Source of the DNA: a virus
IMG/VR virus record: IMGVR_UViG_3300023180_000001
DNA: 64,000 nucleotides
Reading direction: 5' to 3' (one strand)
In this document: one piece after another, positions 30,070-40,504 of the stretch
How positions within the stretch are numbered: position 1 is the first letter of the stretch
How the letters are laid out: each line of letters starts with the position of its first letter
Notes under the pieces: model-generated
What the model saw: only the letters and a program-made list of their open reading frames with translations
Told to the model about the DNA's origin: nothing
Databases searched by the model: none
Program-made: the position numbers and the translations under genes

Positions 30070-31512
30070 TTAGACTTGAACTGTGTAAACATCCGCTAAG
30101 TTGAATGAAGACACTTGTGAATCAGAAATAGAGATCTTAGCCTCTGACCAATTACCCGGGTTAGGTGTATCTCCAGAGGAAGCCAGTACCTGCATTTCTA
30201 CTGTGATCTCGTTTATACCAGATACAGCTGAGTAAATAGGCCCATAGAATCTCTTAGGAATAACATCCTCTCCGATACCTAGAGCATTACCTGTACTTAA
30301 GACAGCCTGAACAATATCGTCAGGACCAGTTGGTGGGAATAACTCCTCGTCATATAGATCGTAAGTAACACGAGTAGCTATGATAATGTCTTCAGGCCTA
30401 GAGAAACTAATTGCTCTCGGTGTCTCTGTCTGATCAAGGACATTAACAGTGATATCCCCAAACGTTTGAATCCCTGCAGGCTTCTCATTGAAGATTGCCC
30501 TAGCAATGTCGCCTTCAACACCTCCTTCTACGATCACCTCGTAGCTATGGGGTGGTCTCCCCTCACTATCTACGGTATCCGTAAGATTCTCAACCAAGAG
30601 GACAGCTGACACACCATCCACATTGCCAACAGCGGAGATGTTGGCTGGAACTGTACTACTTCCTGCAAGCTGGGTTGTTTGCGATGCTCTATTCCTTAAT
30701 TCCTCATCTGTCTCCTTATCTCTCCCTGTTGTAAAACTTAAGGGGTTTGTTGTAGATTCAAGACCTGAGACTGAAGAAACTATCTGAGTTAAAGAATTTG
30801 CTGGGGCCCTAACATCTCCGGTTATAACAGATTGTGTAAACACAGAGGCTGTCACAGATTCTACTAACAGGAAGGTAATAGCTGAAACAGAGATATTACT
30901 TTGGTCAAGTGTAAATACTCGGAGTTCATCACTGACATTCTCAGCTTCCCATGTTCTACCTGAGGGTAAGTTTATCTGGGCTACTAAGCCATTAACAATC
31001 TCAGCAACTGTTGCATCACCATCAGATGTGTAGCTAAAGTCGTTACCATTAATCTCAATCGTGTACAACGTATTATTAAGTACGGATGATACTGAGTAAG
31101 TAACCTCTTTACACGATGCAGGAGCTAATGATAATGAGAAAGCTGTCTCGAACTGATCGAGAGATGAGGGATTTGCAATCAGAGTGCCTTGAGGAATCAC
31201 TGTTCCATCAGCACCCGTGAAGTATTGGTCCCCTGAGGTTCTAGCTGCATCCAAGCGAGTAAGACCAATAAGGGCTACCAACCTGTCGAGGGATTCCCCC
31301 TCAGCTTTTGCTATATCAAAACTATCATAGATAGCTTGTAGTAGAGCTTCCTCATCAGCTATCTCTGCACCAATAATTGCAACGAGCTGACCTAAGAGTG
31401 TATCATTATCAAACACAAGAGATGTGTTCAAATTAGTTATTAAGCTATCCTGAATATCTGCTTCAACTTCAGGAAAACGTCTTATGGTTAAGCCTTCTTC
31501 AGTGATGGCCAT
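30070..31512 (-). CDS. baseplate J-like protein
   Basis: 480 aa. The call rests on its position in the baseplate cluster and J-like N-terminal composition. Confidence 0.6.
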   Translation of the reverse strand: MAITEEGLTIRRFPEVEADIQDSLITNLNTSLVFDNDTLLGQLVAIIGAEIADEEALLQAIYDSFDIAKAEGESLDRLVALIGLTRLDAARTSGDQYFTGADGTVIPQGTLIANPSSLDQFETAFSLSLAPASCKEVTYSVSSVLNNTLYTIEINGNDFSYTSDGDATVAEIVNGLVAQINLPSGRTWEAENVSDELRVFTLDQSNISVSAITFLLVESVTASVFTQSVITGDVRAPANSLTQIVSSVSGLESTTNPLSFTTGRDKETDEELRNRASQTTQLAGSSTVPANISAVGNVDGVSAVLLVENLTDTVDSEGRPPHSYEVIVEGGVEGDIARAIFNEKPAGIQTFGDITVNVLDQTETPRAISFSRPEDIIIATRVTYDLYDEELFPPTGPDDIVQAVLSTGNALGIGEDVIPKRFYGPIYSAVSGINEITVEMQVLASSGDTPNPGNWSEAKISISDSQVSSFNLADVYTVQV

Positions 31513-31871
31513 TAAGTAACCTCCAAACCTTCTAGAGTAATAACTTCGCCACTATCTGTAATAGCAGAAAAGCTTATGGTATAAACCCTAGTCCCAGCGT
31601 TAAGCGAGGATTCGAATTCTGTTATTGTTCGGATACCATCTGTCCCGGCTATGATCTCAACCACAGCTGCATCTAGCATCCCTTGGGTTCCCTTGCTGAA
31701 AAGTAATTCTCTAGGAACCCCGAAGTTAATATCTCTGAACCACTCTCCTGAGATGGTGCTCAAAGATATTTGTAATTTCTGTCTAGTAGACTCTTGAACT
31801 GTCCCCAGTAAGGGGATCTGACCATTCTCGATGATTAGATCACCTGAATCGTCTAAAGCGATATCTGTCAT
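31512..31871 (-). CDS. baseplate wedge protein (gpW/gp25-like)
   Basis: The start is trimmed to MTDIALDD, after AGGAGG, with an ATGA overlap to the upstream gene. Confidence 0.45.
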   Translation of the reverse strand: MTDIALDDSGDLIIENGQIPLLGTVQESTRQKLQISLSTISGEWFRDINFGVPRELLFSKGTQGMLDAAVVEIIAGTDGIRTITEFESSLNAGTRVYTISFSAITDSGEVITLEGLEVT

Positions 31872-32380
31872 GCTATTCCTCCTACAAAGGGTGTAGTAAC
31901 AGGTGGAGGGCCGGGGGCAAATTCTGACCAACTAACAACAATACCTGAGATAGCTGTCTCAATAGCTGAAGCTATATCAGATGCCTTGCTATCGATATCA
32001 CCACCTACATTATTAAATACTGCTGTCAGTGATGTTGTCAGGGCTGGCCCAACGGTTGAAGCTGTAATAGTGATCGGTGGAACTACCTCATCTAGGGTTG
32101 TTGGATCCCCCGGGCTCCCTGTGGCAATTCCCCCAGCTCCGTAGTAACCCATTATAGCTGTAGCCCACTGAGCTGCAGCTGCTGAGGCACTTCCTGAGGT
32201 AGGGAGTTCAAAGCTGGACCCTGATACGGAGGAGGTGTATACAACTGCACCATCTCCATATTCAGCTGGTTGGAGGTAATTATTAATAGCTGTAGCTATA
32301 AGGTTTGCCGATGTAGAGGCATCCTCACTATTAGCTATGGCAGTCTTAATGTCTGCCTCTAAGGCTGTCCCTAGAGCCAT
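31868..32380 (-). CDS. hypothetical baseplate component
   Basis: 170-aa ORF, rich in Ala, Gly and Ser. Confidence 0.4.
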   Translation of the reverse strand: MALGTALEADIKTAIANSEDASTSANLIATAINNYLQPAEYGDGAVVYTSSVSGSSFELPTSGSASAAAAQWATAIMGYYGAGGIATGSPGDPTTLDEVVPPITITASTVGPALTTSLTAVFNNVGGDIDSKASDIASAIETAISGIVVSWSEFAPGPPPVTTPFVGGIA

Positions 32381-32389
32381 CTAAGCCTC

Positions 32390-33070
32390 CTAATTAGTCT
32401 TTGAATAGGTTGATAAGGTTGTTGGGGGCATCGGGCTTATAGGAGGCCCTGAAGGCCCTACACCCGTTGGGTGAGTATGCCCATCAAAGTATGTCTTAAA
32501 AGCATCCCCGAGGACTAACGCCTCAGCTGCACCTTCCCCTATCTCAACAGCGGATGCTGCATTGATCACAATCTTACCGTCCTTTTGGATCTTGATTTCT
32601 GATTCAGTCTCACCAATACCATTCCTTAGAGATAAGTTCTCAGTGTCAACCTCCGGAGAGTTGACCGAAGTGAATAACCCGGGCAGGGCTACAGCGTCTG
32701 AGATGCTGTGCTTTCTACGACTAAAGGGGGTCTGAGCATTCATACCATCCGAGGCTAAGAACTCCTCTATGCTCCTCATAGAGAAGACTAGGAGGACTGT
32801 ATCGCCCGGGGCTAATGGGAAGCTAACCATAGCTCCTCCACCAGCTGGGAAGATCACAGGGACCTCTGGAAGGATGGGAGTCTCATAGGCAGACCCATCA
32901 CTCTCTACTCGGTTAACTAAAGGTTTAGCATCAATAACTACTTGGGTTCCAACCTTACCAACTTTCTCAACCTTAGCTGGCATAGCTGTGTAAAGGTTAG
33001 TCATCAGGTTAGCAAATGTGGCCTTGATAACATCTTCAAAACTTAATTTCATTATGGTATCCTCTGACAC
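32390..33070 (-). CDS. baseplate spike/assembly protein V-like
   Basis: The C-terminal ..YFDGHTHPTGVGPSGPP.. motif is typical of gpV / Mu gp45-type spikes. Confidence 0.55.
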   Translation of the reverse strand: MSEDTIMKLSFEDVIKATFANLMTNLYTAMPAKVEKVGKVGTQVVIDAKPLVNRVESDGSAYETPILPEVPVIFPAGGGAMVSFPLAPGDTVLLVFSMRSIEEFLASDGMNAQTPFSRRKHSISDAVALPGLFTSVNSPEVDTENLSLRNGIGETESEIKIQKDGKIVINAASAVEIGEGAAEALVLGDAFKTYFDGHTHPTGVGPSGPPISPMPPTTLSTYSKTN

Positions 33071-34053
33071 TCAATCTCTGTATCCCAAGCATCACCTCTG
33101 AAGTTCAACTTATGGGAAACTGATTGAATCTTGTAGTCACCTTGGTAGCTTCCAAACTTAACCTTAAGAGTTGTATTGGTTGTGATGTTACCGTTCAGGA
33201 ATGTTGTGAGTTTAATACCTTGTGGTTTAGATGCCTTAGAGAATGTAGAGGTTGAACTCTTATCATCATTCTGGCTAATAACACCTTTCACATTGGTTTC
33301 GATAATATCCACGGACTCGATTAATCCATTTTGTTCCTTGGGGTGAACGTTTAGTTTCCCCAATGTTATATACCACCCGTAATCTATCTCATTACATACT
33401 GCAGATAGTGAGGCGGATAGTGACCCTTCTCTGATGAGTGCTCTTGTTATTGCTTTTGATGTTCTCTCGTTCTTGGTGAAGTCACCCTGAACAAGACCTT
33501 TTGAAACAAATTGGGAAATTAAATCTGAGAGGATATTCTCATAGGTTGTGTTCTTAGGGTAGGTCTTAAAGTACTTAGCATTCTTTAAGATATTGGCTCC
33601 ATCACTACACACCATAGTGGTTACGTAGTCAGGGCCAATCCTTTCTGTGTAGACCTTAACGACTTGCCCTGTATAGATAGCAGGGAGGGCTTCATCTTTT
33701 TGATACCCAGCTCTAAGAATAACTGAGGATTCAGCTGTGATGAAGTTAATATTTGTGTCACTAAGGTTAAAGATCTTGATGACAGCTGGTTGAGAGTTCT
33801 TACCAGCTGGTGCGATATTATAGTCTATCGATGCCTCGATCTGAAGATCAGTCAAGGTGATAGCCCCTGCAGGGACTGTTGAGTAATCTGAATAACCTGA
33901 ATCAGATCCTCCCCCAACAACAACATCTGAGCTATCATTCTGAGTTAAAGAACTCGGAGCAGGGGGAGCAGTATCTGTGTTCTGTGTAGACTTCAAAAGG
34001 TTAGCCGGACTACCAATTACCAATTCATATTTATGAATGAAAGCATTAGCCAT
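33052..34053 (-). CDS. baseplate hub / late-control-D-like protein
   Basis: The call rests on its size (333 aa) and its position between the tape measure and the spike. Confidence 0.4.
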   Translation of the reverse strand: MANAFIHKYELVIGSPANLLKSTQNTDTAPPAPSSLTQNDSSDVVVGGGSDSGYSDYSTVPAGAITLTDLQIEASIDYNIAPAGKNSQPAVIKIFNLSDTNINFITAESSVILRAGYQKDEALPAIYTGQVVKVYTERIGPDYVTTMVCSDGANILKNAKYFKTYPKNTTYENILSDLISQFVSKGLVQGDFTKNERTSKAITRALIREGSLSASLSAVCNEIDYGWYITLGKLNVHPKEQNGLIESVDIIETNVKGVISQNDDKSSTSTFSKASKPQGIKLTTFLNGNITTNTTLKVKFGSYQGDYKIQSVSHKLNFRGDAWDTEIECQRIP

Positions 34054-34055
34054 TT

Positions 34056-34394
34056 TTAAAGTCCTAGTTGTTCAATCTCTTCTAGTGTTAAGTAGAGGAG
34101 TTCATAATCTTTCCCAATTCCAAAGTTATCTCTCCCCACTGGGTCAGAGGTCTCTCTTAACCTAGCGCAGAAGAGTTCCCCATCGGGAAAGTCCTGTAAG
34201 CAATACCTACCTGTCAGATCATAATTCTCCATAACTTTGACGCTATTAATGACATCGCTACCAGAAAGACTAATATCAATATACCAACGCTTGGACCTTT
34301 CATTATATGAAACCTCGAAGATATAGTTTCTACCGGAGAGAGATACTGTCTGCCGACTCCATGGGGTGTTGGGAATAAATATACTTACCGCCAT
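34056..34394 (-). CDS. hypothetical tail protein
   Basis: 112-aa ORF. Confidence 0.4.
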   Translation of the reverse strand: MAVSIFIPNTPWSRQTVSLSGRNYIFEVSYNERSKRWYIDISLSGSDVINSVKVMENYDLTGRYCLQDFPDGELFCARLRETSDPVGRDNFGIGKDYELLYLTLEEIEQLGL

Positions 34395-34395
34395 A

Positions 34396-35001
34396 CTATC
34401 CTCCTATAAGGCTTGCGCCTTCTGATATTTGACGTTGACTCCATTCAAGCAAGTCCTCTTGCTTAAGCTCTTGGGTTGTCCCTGCACCATTTTGAAGATT
34501 ACTAGCGTCATTCTGAAAGTTAGGGGATGCGGTAGGTTGTGCAGTGACTTGTGCTTGGTCAGCAAACTCAACCTTAGTAGCTGAGAGATCTACGAATAGA
34601 TCCCCACTACCTGCTCCCGCTCTCTTATTTATCTGTAGAGATGTTACGATACAGTTCTGCAGAGGAGTGATCAAGTTCTTAGGTTCCCCAAAACCTCCGA
34701 AGGTTGGAGCTTGGAACGTTGTGATCGTAACAGGTGTTGCATTGTCCTTAATATCTTGGAGATTAGCTATGTAGTTCTCAGGTGCGGTTACAAACTCGGA
34801 GTTAGAGCCTTTAGCTTTCACCCTTGTAAGGATACCTGATAGAGTAACCGTATCTTGATTCTGGATAACATGGTCAGTAGTCGATCTTCCACTTTCTATT
34901 GGGTTATTAGTAAGTGTGCTTGAGGATGTGTACTGAACACTGGTCGTAGCATCAAGTTGGAAGATAAAGCCTGTTACTGAGTCAGTGATGAATGTAGCCA
35001 T
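34396..35001 (-). CDS. hypothetical tail protein
   Basis: 201-aa ORF directly after the tape measure gene. Confidence 0.4.
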   Translation of the reverse strand: MATFITDSVTGFIFQLDATTSVQYTSSSTLTNNPIESGRSTTDHVIQNQDTVTLSGILTRVKAKGSNSEFVTAPENYIANLQDIKDNATPVTITTFQAPTFGGFGEPKNLITPLQNCIVTSLQINKRAGAGSGDLFVDLSATKVEFADQAQVTAQPTASPNFQNDASNLQNGAGTTQELKQEDLLEWSQRQISEGASLIGG

Positions 35002-36989
35002 TACTGTACAGCCTCCATTGAAGGGATTAGTTTATTTTGGATAGCGGTCTCTACCACACGGGTAGCTGCCTCCTCATCCAATCCATTAGCATTCACTTCG
35101 ATATTAACTTGACCTATTGTGCCTGTACGTCTGCTCTTCCTTGATCTCTGTCTAGACATGGCCTCTCTAGAGGCTTGGGCTCCAGTTATTCTCAACCTAG
35201 CTGCAGCTTCCTCATTACCAAACAGGGCTCTGATATTATCTACAACACTTCCTATGAAGTCACTTAACCCTCGCATAAAGTTAGGGAAGTTCTCTTGAAG
35301 AGACTTATTGATAACATCTCCGATTGCTCTACCAATATTAAATGAGAATGCAAGTAGGAAAGCCTTTAAGAAGAACTTACCAAAAGCTGATCCTGCTTTT
35401 GTACCACCACTTGTGAATAAACCTAGAAGGGTCTTACCCGCAAACAAAGTCCCAATAGATGTACCTATTGCCAATAGACCTTTAAGAGGGCCATCTTCCA
35501 TCCCCGAGAGTTTGTTTAACCCTCTCTCTAGGAGACCGAAAGGTAACACCACCACACCCGCTAAGATCTTGAAGAGACCTATCAAGGTTCTCGTCATCCT
35601 TCCCAGTAAGCTTAGGTTTTTGGTTCCTTCCTCACCTTGTTTGGAAACCTCTTCCATTGAGGAGGTGATCGTATCAAGTAGAATACCAAAAGGTCTTAGT
35701 AACTGAGCAAGTGCTCGAATAGCAATACCTAATCCTTTAAGTGCAGCTCCTGCTACTCTACCTAGCCCTCTGAACGTTGGGGCCATCTGATCAACAGTTG
35801 CCCTAAGGTCATTGAAGAAGGACGCTAATCCTTCACCAAGTCCTGATTCAAAAGCATCAAAGATGTTTAACTGGACTGTTGATATCAACCTACGTAGTGC
35901 AACACCTGAGGTATCTAATGCAGCTGTTAGGGCTCCACCCTCTCTGGCTGCTATACGAAGCTGTTTAGCAAACTTAGGTAAGAACTCATTAGAGACAACC
36001 TCACCATTCTCAAGCATTTTAGTTAGCTCTTGAACAGTAACACCCATAGCCTTAGAAGCTGTGGACATAGCGATCGGCAATCTATCACCTAATTGCTGTT
36101 TAAGTTCTTCCGATGATACCGTACCTTTAGATAGGATCTGTGTGAATGCTCTGAATACACCGAATGTATCTTCAGCTGTTAGACCGAAAGCTGTTGAAGC
36201 CTCAGCACCAGCAAGGAAGATCTCTTTTGTAGTGTCAGCCGATAGGCCTGCATCCTTGGCAGCTACCGCCAATTGTTGGTAACCTTCAGCACCAGACCTA
36301 AGATCCCTGCCAAGAGTGATCGAGACATCTTTAATAAATTCAAAATCTTTAGCCGCTTGTTCAGTAGAACCAGAGGCTGCTAGTAAAGACGCTTGGATAG
36401 ATTCGAAACCAATACCTGTACGCCCAGCTGCTCCGGCTGTACCTATAGCAGCAAAGACTGAAAGATAACTGCGCGCTAGATTTCTTGCAGAATCCCTTGC
36501 AGCATTCATAGCAAAGGTTTGAGCTTTAAATGCTCTAGCCGCTCTATTACTTTGTTGTACAGTTGAAGTTAGTTGATCATTTACCAATCTCAACTGATTA
36601 GTTATCTTAGAGAAGTCTCCAGCTGTAGAAGCCTTATTTATCGACTTAGAGAGCTGATTAAATTGTTGTTGGAATTGCTTAAGTTGTGCTTTCGACTCAG
36701 GAGTTCCAAGAGAGCTTAATCCTCTGCTAGCCTTTCTACGGGCAATCTCCAAGGAAGTTGCTACCCGGTTTCTCCTGATTTGAATTCTTTCTGCAGCTTT
36801 GGCTGCCCTCTCTTCCTGACGTAGTTGGTCAGCAAAGAAAGTTTTAGAGGCTTTCATCCTAGCTTGCTGGGTGCGTTGGGCTTTGGCCCCAATACGCCCC
36901 ATTTTAGCTTCTATGTTAGAAAGTCCCTTATCGACCTCACTAGAGTCAAAGCCAAGCTGTAGGATAAAATCCTTAATAGTCATTGCCAT
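35001..36989 (-). CDS. tail tape measure protein
   Basis: 662 aa, helical and rich in Ala, Gly and Leu. It follows the chaperone pair. Confidence 0.8.
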   Translation of the reverse strand: MAMTIKDFILQLGFDSSEVDKGLSNIEAKMGRIGAKAQRTQQARMKASKTFFADQLRQEERAAKAAERIQIRRNRVATSLEIARRKASRGLSSLGTPESKAQLKQFQQQFNQLSKSINKASTAGDFSKITNQLRLVNDQLTSTVQQSNRAARAFKAQTFAMNAARDSARNLARSYLSVFAAIGTAGAAGRTGIGFESIQASLLAASGSTEQAAKDFEFIKDVSITLGRDLRSGAEGYQQLAVAAKDAGLSADTTKEIFLAGAEASTAFGLTAEDTFGVFRAFTQILSKGTVSSEELKQQLGDRLPIAMSTASKAMGVTVQELTKMLENGEVVSNEFLPKFAKQLRIAAREGGALTAALDTSGVALRRLISTVQLNIFDAFESGLGEGLASFFNDLRATVDQMAPTFRGLGRVAGAALKGLGIAIRALAQLLRPFGILLDTITSSMEEVSKQGEEGTKNLSLLGRMTRTLIGLFKILAGVVVLPFGLLERGLNKLSGMEDGPLKGLLAIGTSIGTLFAGKTLLGLFTSGGTKAGSAFGKFFLKAFLLAFSFNIGRAIGDVINKSLQENFPNFMRGLSDFIGSVVDNIRALFGNEEAAARLRITGAQASREAMSRQRSRKSRRTGTIGQVNIEVNANGLDEEAATRVVETAIQNKLIPSMEAVQ

Positions 36990-37300
36990 TATCTGCTTCC
37001 TTTATCAAGAGCTTTCATCTTCTCCTCGTGATCCTTATTAGTTGCCGTATCAATTGCTTCCATACAATCTATGTATTCTTTATATTCAAGAAGCTCTGGC
37101 AATGTCATTTCATATTTAAGGGAGCGAATAGTCTCTTTGTTGTATTTACTTCGGTAGACCGTATAGATGTACCAATCTAATGAGGTGAGTGAACAAGTCT
37201 TCTCTATTTGTCTGAGGACTCTTCCGGATCTTGAGTTGGGGTCTTGAGGCTCTCCATCAGACTCATTAAACGGGTCTGAAAACCGCTCTCTGTAAAAAAA
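36989..37300 (-). CDS. -1 frameshift extension of the tail assembly chaperone (GT-like product)
   Basis: The -1 frame is open from the U-UUU-UUU run (37294-37300) to the TAA at 36989-36991, which overlaps the tape measure ATG. Confidence 0.6.
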   Translation of the reverse strand, partial: FFYRERFSDPFNESDGEPQDPNSRSGRVLRQIEKTCSLTSLDWYIYTVYRSKYNKETIRSLKYEMTLPELLEYKEYIDCMEAIDTATNKDHEEKMKALDKGSR

Positions 37301-37689
37301 CTTTCGAAGTTCTCCTTAAGGGCAAACTCAACTAATTGGATCATACTTCCATAGTTACCTCGGAAGTGAGTATCAAAATTAATTTTCTTACCATCAACTT
37401 CAACATTTCCGATGAGGGCTGAAATCAACTCAGCAACATCAACCTTGTCAAGTTGTGTAGATAGGAGGGTAGCTAAATCAGAGAACGTTTTAGGTGCTCC
37501 ATGAAGTAACTCATCGTGACGAAGACCATCAAAGCTTGCACCGATAGATGGAGCCAAAAGCTTGCTGATCTCTAAAGACATTTTTAGACCAATCGTTGCA
37601 GGTAGGAGATGGAGTGTATAGGTTACACCATTAATCTCTTTAGTTGCGATACCCGCTTGTTTATTTATATCGTTTATATTGAAAGACAT
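37204..37689 (-). CDS. tail assembly chaperone (G-like)
   Basis: 161 aa between the tube and tape measure genes. It contains the slippery run. Confidence 0.6.
   Translation of the reverse strand: MSFNINDINKQAGIATKEINGVTYTLHLLPATIGLKMSLEISKLLAPSIGASFDGLRHDELLHGAPKTFSDLATLLSTQLDKVDVAELISALIGNVEVDGKKINFDTHFRGNYGSMIQLVEFALKENFESFFTESGFQTRLMSLMESLKTPTQDPEESSDK
37294..37300 (-). promoter_or_regulatory. slippery heptanucleotide U UUU UUU for programmed -1 frameshifting
   Basis: There are seven consecutive T on the minus strand, in the X_XXY_YYZ register of the chaperone frame. Confidence 0.6.
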
Positions 37690-37724
37690 GTTCTCTCCTT
37701 AAGAGGGGGCTATGCCCCCATCAA

Positions 37725-38213
37725 TTAAATATTAGCTTCAACAAAGTTGTTAACTTCATCTACGATACCAGCCGTAGCTTCACCAACACCTTTAGGTACT
37801 GCAGTAAACACCATATTCTCAACGAAGAATGTGAAGGTACGGGAATTATTAGAGGTCCCTAGAGTTCCTTCACCAATCGATTGTAGGTGGGCGTTATTAG
37901 ATAGTACCAAGGTTGCACCTGATGGATCAGAGATCACAAGAGGTAGGCGGATAGGTGTGTCGCTTGCACGTTGTGCAGCATAAACACCAGCTAGGCGCTT
38001 AGCACCTGCAGAGGTATCCATCAAATCAAAAGCTACTGTACCAGTCTGGTCTGGACTGATAGATAGGGCAACCTCTCCATCAGCTCCTACAGTAGGTGCT
38101 GAGAAGTCGGAATTGTAGGTGATAGTTATAAAGCTATCCTCTGCGTAGCCATCAATAGGAAGGCCACCGAAGTTACTTACAACTTGTCTACTTGAGTATG
38201 TTACGTGTGCCAT
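37725..38213 (-). CDS. tail tube protein
   Basis: 162 aa directly downstream of the sheath gene. Confidence 0.6.
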   Translation of the reverse strand: MAHVTYSSRQVVSNFGGLPIDGYAEDSFITITYNSDFSAPTVGADGEVALSISPDQTGTVAFDLMDTSAGAKRLAGVYAAQRASDTPIRLPLVISDPSGATLVLSNNAHLQSIGEGTLGTSNNSRTFTFFVENMVFTAVPKGVGEATAGIVDEVNNFVEANI

Positions 38214-38225
38214 GTATTTCTCCTA

Positions 38226-39551
38226 TTAACCTTCAGAGATTGTTAGAACGCCGTTGAACACAGCTTCATGGATAGCACCAGCAAGGAAAGCAGTGAACTG
38301 AACATTACGTAGTACACGAGCTTGTTTATCAGCTGCTGGGATCTCTGTGATCAATGGTGGGTTGGTTACATAAGACTCTAAGAAGTTAGAATCAACGAAT
38401 GGTTGAAGTGCTGCAGATAGTGCAGAATCAATCTGAGAGATACCAGAGGCTGTGTAAGGGATCTTACCACCTTGCTGGTTGATAATCAGACTAGAGATTC
38501 TCTCACCGATACGTGCAGTCATTGTATCACGACCACGGATGGTATCAATCCACTCTCCACTTTCAACTTTACCCGGGCGAGTTACTGGAACTCCACCAAC
38601 AAGGGCAACCATATTGTATCCATAAGATAAAACATTAGTTTGCTGGGTCGATGTTAGTTTGTTACCTGTACGTGGGTCTTTAGACTCAGCGAACAAGCTT
38701 AATTGATTACCTGCCCAAGTTACAGCATTCTCATCCGGAGCATACGGAGCATTAACACCGATCCACTGAACCTCAGGGAAGTTTTCTGAATCTTCATGCC
38801 ACAGAGTGATTGTACGGTCCTTGGTAGGGGTGCTACTCGCAGGAGCGTCAAGGATAGCTGTATCTGAAGAGGCTTGGAAGAACAAGCGGTCCATAGCTTC
38901 AACTGCTGTAGATAGTTCCCCACGGAATACTGAATCTTCTTCTGCAGCGACAAAGTAGAAGTCTTCATCTTCTTCAAGGATTGCATTAAGAGCATCAGCC
39001 CCTGTCTCAGTGCTTGTGTAGGTATCCGCTAGATTTTCTAGGCCAGTGATAGAGAATACATCTGAAGAGGTATTACCCGAAATCTCCAGAGTTGCTGCTG
39101 CACCAACACCAACCACTGTTGCTGTGATGTGATCTGTTACCTCTGTGACAGCGTCAATGTCAGCTTTAAGTGCAGTTGCAATCTCTTCAGCTGTGTCAGC
39201 AAGTAGTGCTGTATAATTAGCGGTTACAGAATCATTATCATTAACTGTTACAGTAACTTCATAAACGGTATTCTCTGCTACGTTCTCAGGTGTCAGGATA
39301 GCATCTGAATCCCTACGACCAACCTTGAAGAGTGGCCCTGAAGGGGTGTTAGAGAAGAAAGCGAGTGCTGCTAGGTACGGGTCAGATGTCGTACTGAAAT
39401 CAGCCGCTACATCCTGCACACTTGCATAGGACCTTACACGGCTTAGGTAAGCACTGTGTGAGGCAATAAACATCGGTGTGCCAAAACCAGCTCTACTTAC
39501 AGCTGTTGTCTGTAGGCTGATGTTGACTGTGGCTACTGGATTTAAAGCCAT
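38226..39551 (-). CDS. tail sheath protein
   Basis: 441 aa. The call rests on its position upstream of the tube, chaperone and tape measure genes. Confidence 0.6.
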   Translation of the reverse strand: MALNPVATVNISLQTTAVSRAGFGTPMFIASHSAYLSRVRSYASVQDVAADFSTTSDPYLAALAFFSNTPSGPLFKVGRRDSDAILTPENVAENTVYEVTVTVNDNDSVTANYTALLADTAEEIATALKADIDAVTEVTDHITATVVGVGAAATLEISGNTSSDVFSITGLENLADTYTSTETGADALNAILEEDEDFYFVAAEEDSVFRGELSTAVEAMDRLFFQASSDTAILDAPASSTPTKDRTITLWHEDSENFPEVQWIGVNAPYAPDENAVTWAGNQLSLFAESKDPRTGNKLTSTQQTNVLSYGYNMVALVGGVPVTRPGKVESGEWIDTIRGRDTMTARIGERISSLIINQQGGKIPYTASGISQIDSALSAALQPFVDSNFLESYVTNPPLITEIPAADKQARVLRNVQFTAFLAGAIHEAVFNGVLTISEG

Positions 39552-39563
39552 TATGTCTCCTAA

Positions 39564-40136
39564 TTAATTATTTCCACTCATAGGGAGCGGGTTAGTGTCT
39601 TCATCACTCCTAAACACATCACCAGTGTATTCAACACCTTTGATATCTGTAGAGGTGATATCTTTAACATCTGTAATTGCAAATGTCAGATTGAATGAAC
39701 TACTCTCGCTATATGAGGTTGAAAGCAGTTGTGGAATTTCAATTATGCCATCGGTTACTCTTACCTGACCTGAGGTCTCAGATCTAACTCTCTCAAGGAT
39801 AACGTCTGTACTAAAGAAAAATTCTAGATCCTCTGCTATCGCCTTGGAGTTACCTCCGAATACGGTATAGTTAATAAGGATCTCTTTAACATTCTCATAC
39901 CTGATGGTATTATCATCAGGCATAGACTGTTCAATTAGATACCCACCGGGTCTTCCTGTTGTCAGGATGTCCACAGTGATATACGGGAAATCTGGTTTAG
40001 GTCCGGGCTTTGTTTTGGGACCAGTTTGCCTAGAACGGATAACGGAAGGGTAAGAACCTGATGTACTTAACTCTGACCCAACAGTGTCACGAGCGATACC
40101 AATAAACGTTCTATAAATTTGATCGTAATCTATCAT
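39564..40136 (-). CDS. neck/tail completion protein, hypothetical
   Basis: 190-aa ORF between the head and tail modules. Confidence 0.4.
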   Translation of the reverse strand: MIDYDQIYRTFIGIARDTVGSELSTSGSYPSVIRSRQTGPKTKPGPKPDFPYITVDILTTGRPGGYLIEQSMPDDNTIRYENVKEILINYTVFGGNSKAIAEDLEFFFSTDVILERVRSETSGQVRVTDGIIEIPQLLSTSYSESSSFNLTFAITDVKDITSTDIKGVEYTGDVFRSDEDTNPLPMSGNN

Positions 40137-40504
40137 TGGTCATCATTCTCATTCTTATCTTTGCGAACTAAAACAACCTCATAGTGATCGATTGAAAGTG
40201 TGGTCTCAGTCCAAGGATCCGATTCGACTGTCACATATACATAGCCGTCAATGGTTGTCTCGTAAGCTTGTGTGTTTTCAAGATGGTTTGTTGTGAAGAT
40301 AGGGGACCTAGGGAAGAACACTCTAGCGTCTGTAGATGAAACACCCTCAGGTAGAACATCTCTTTTGGTTCCTAATCTAAATGGTTGAAGTGATCCTTCG
40401 ACATCAAACTCATGCTCGAACCCATCAACGTAAAGACCATCTTCATCGTAGAAGCCCTCTTCGAACTTCTTAAAGGTGAGTGTCTTAGCTTTTAATAATC
40501 TCAC
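40133..40504 (-). CDS. neck protein, hypothetical
   Basis: 123-aa ORF with overlapping stops. Confidence 0.4.
   Translation of the reverse strand: MRLLKAKTLTFKKFEEGFYDEDGLYVDGFEHEFDVEGSLQPFRLGTKRDVLPEGVSSTDARVFFPRSPIFTTNHLENTQAYETTIDGYVYVTVESDPWTETTLSIDHYEVVLVRKDKNENDDQ

Noticed and set aside
36983-37180. Plus-strand 65-aa ORF in the gap between the chaperone and the tape measure gene.
   Set aside because: It is antisense to the open -1 frame of the chaperone frameshift extension. It has no RBS and a low-complexity sequence.
19903-37718. GC-rich hairpins at structural gene junctions (19904-19921, 24010-24027, 37703-37718) as a repeat family.
   Set aside because: The stems differ in sequence and lack shared flanks. 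They are most simply ordinary intercistronic stabiliser or attenuator hairpins.
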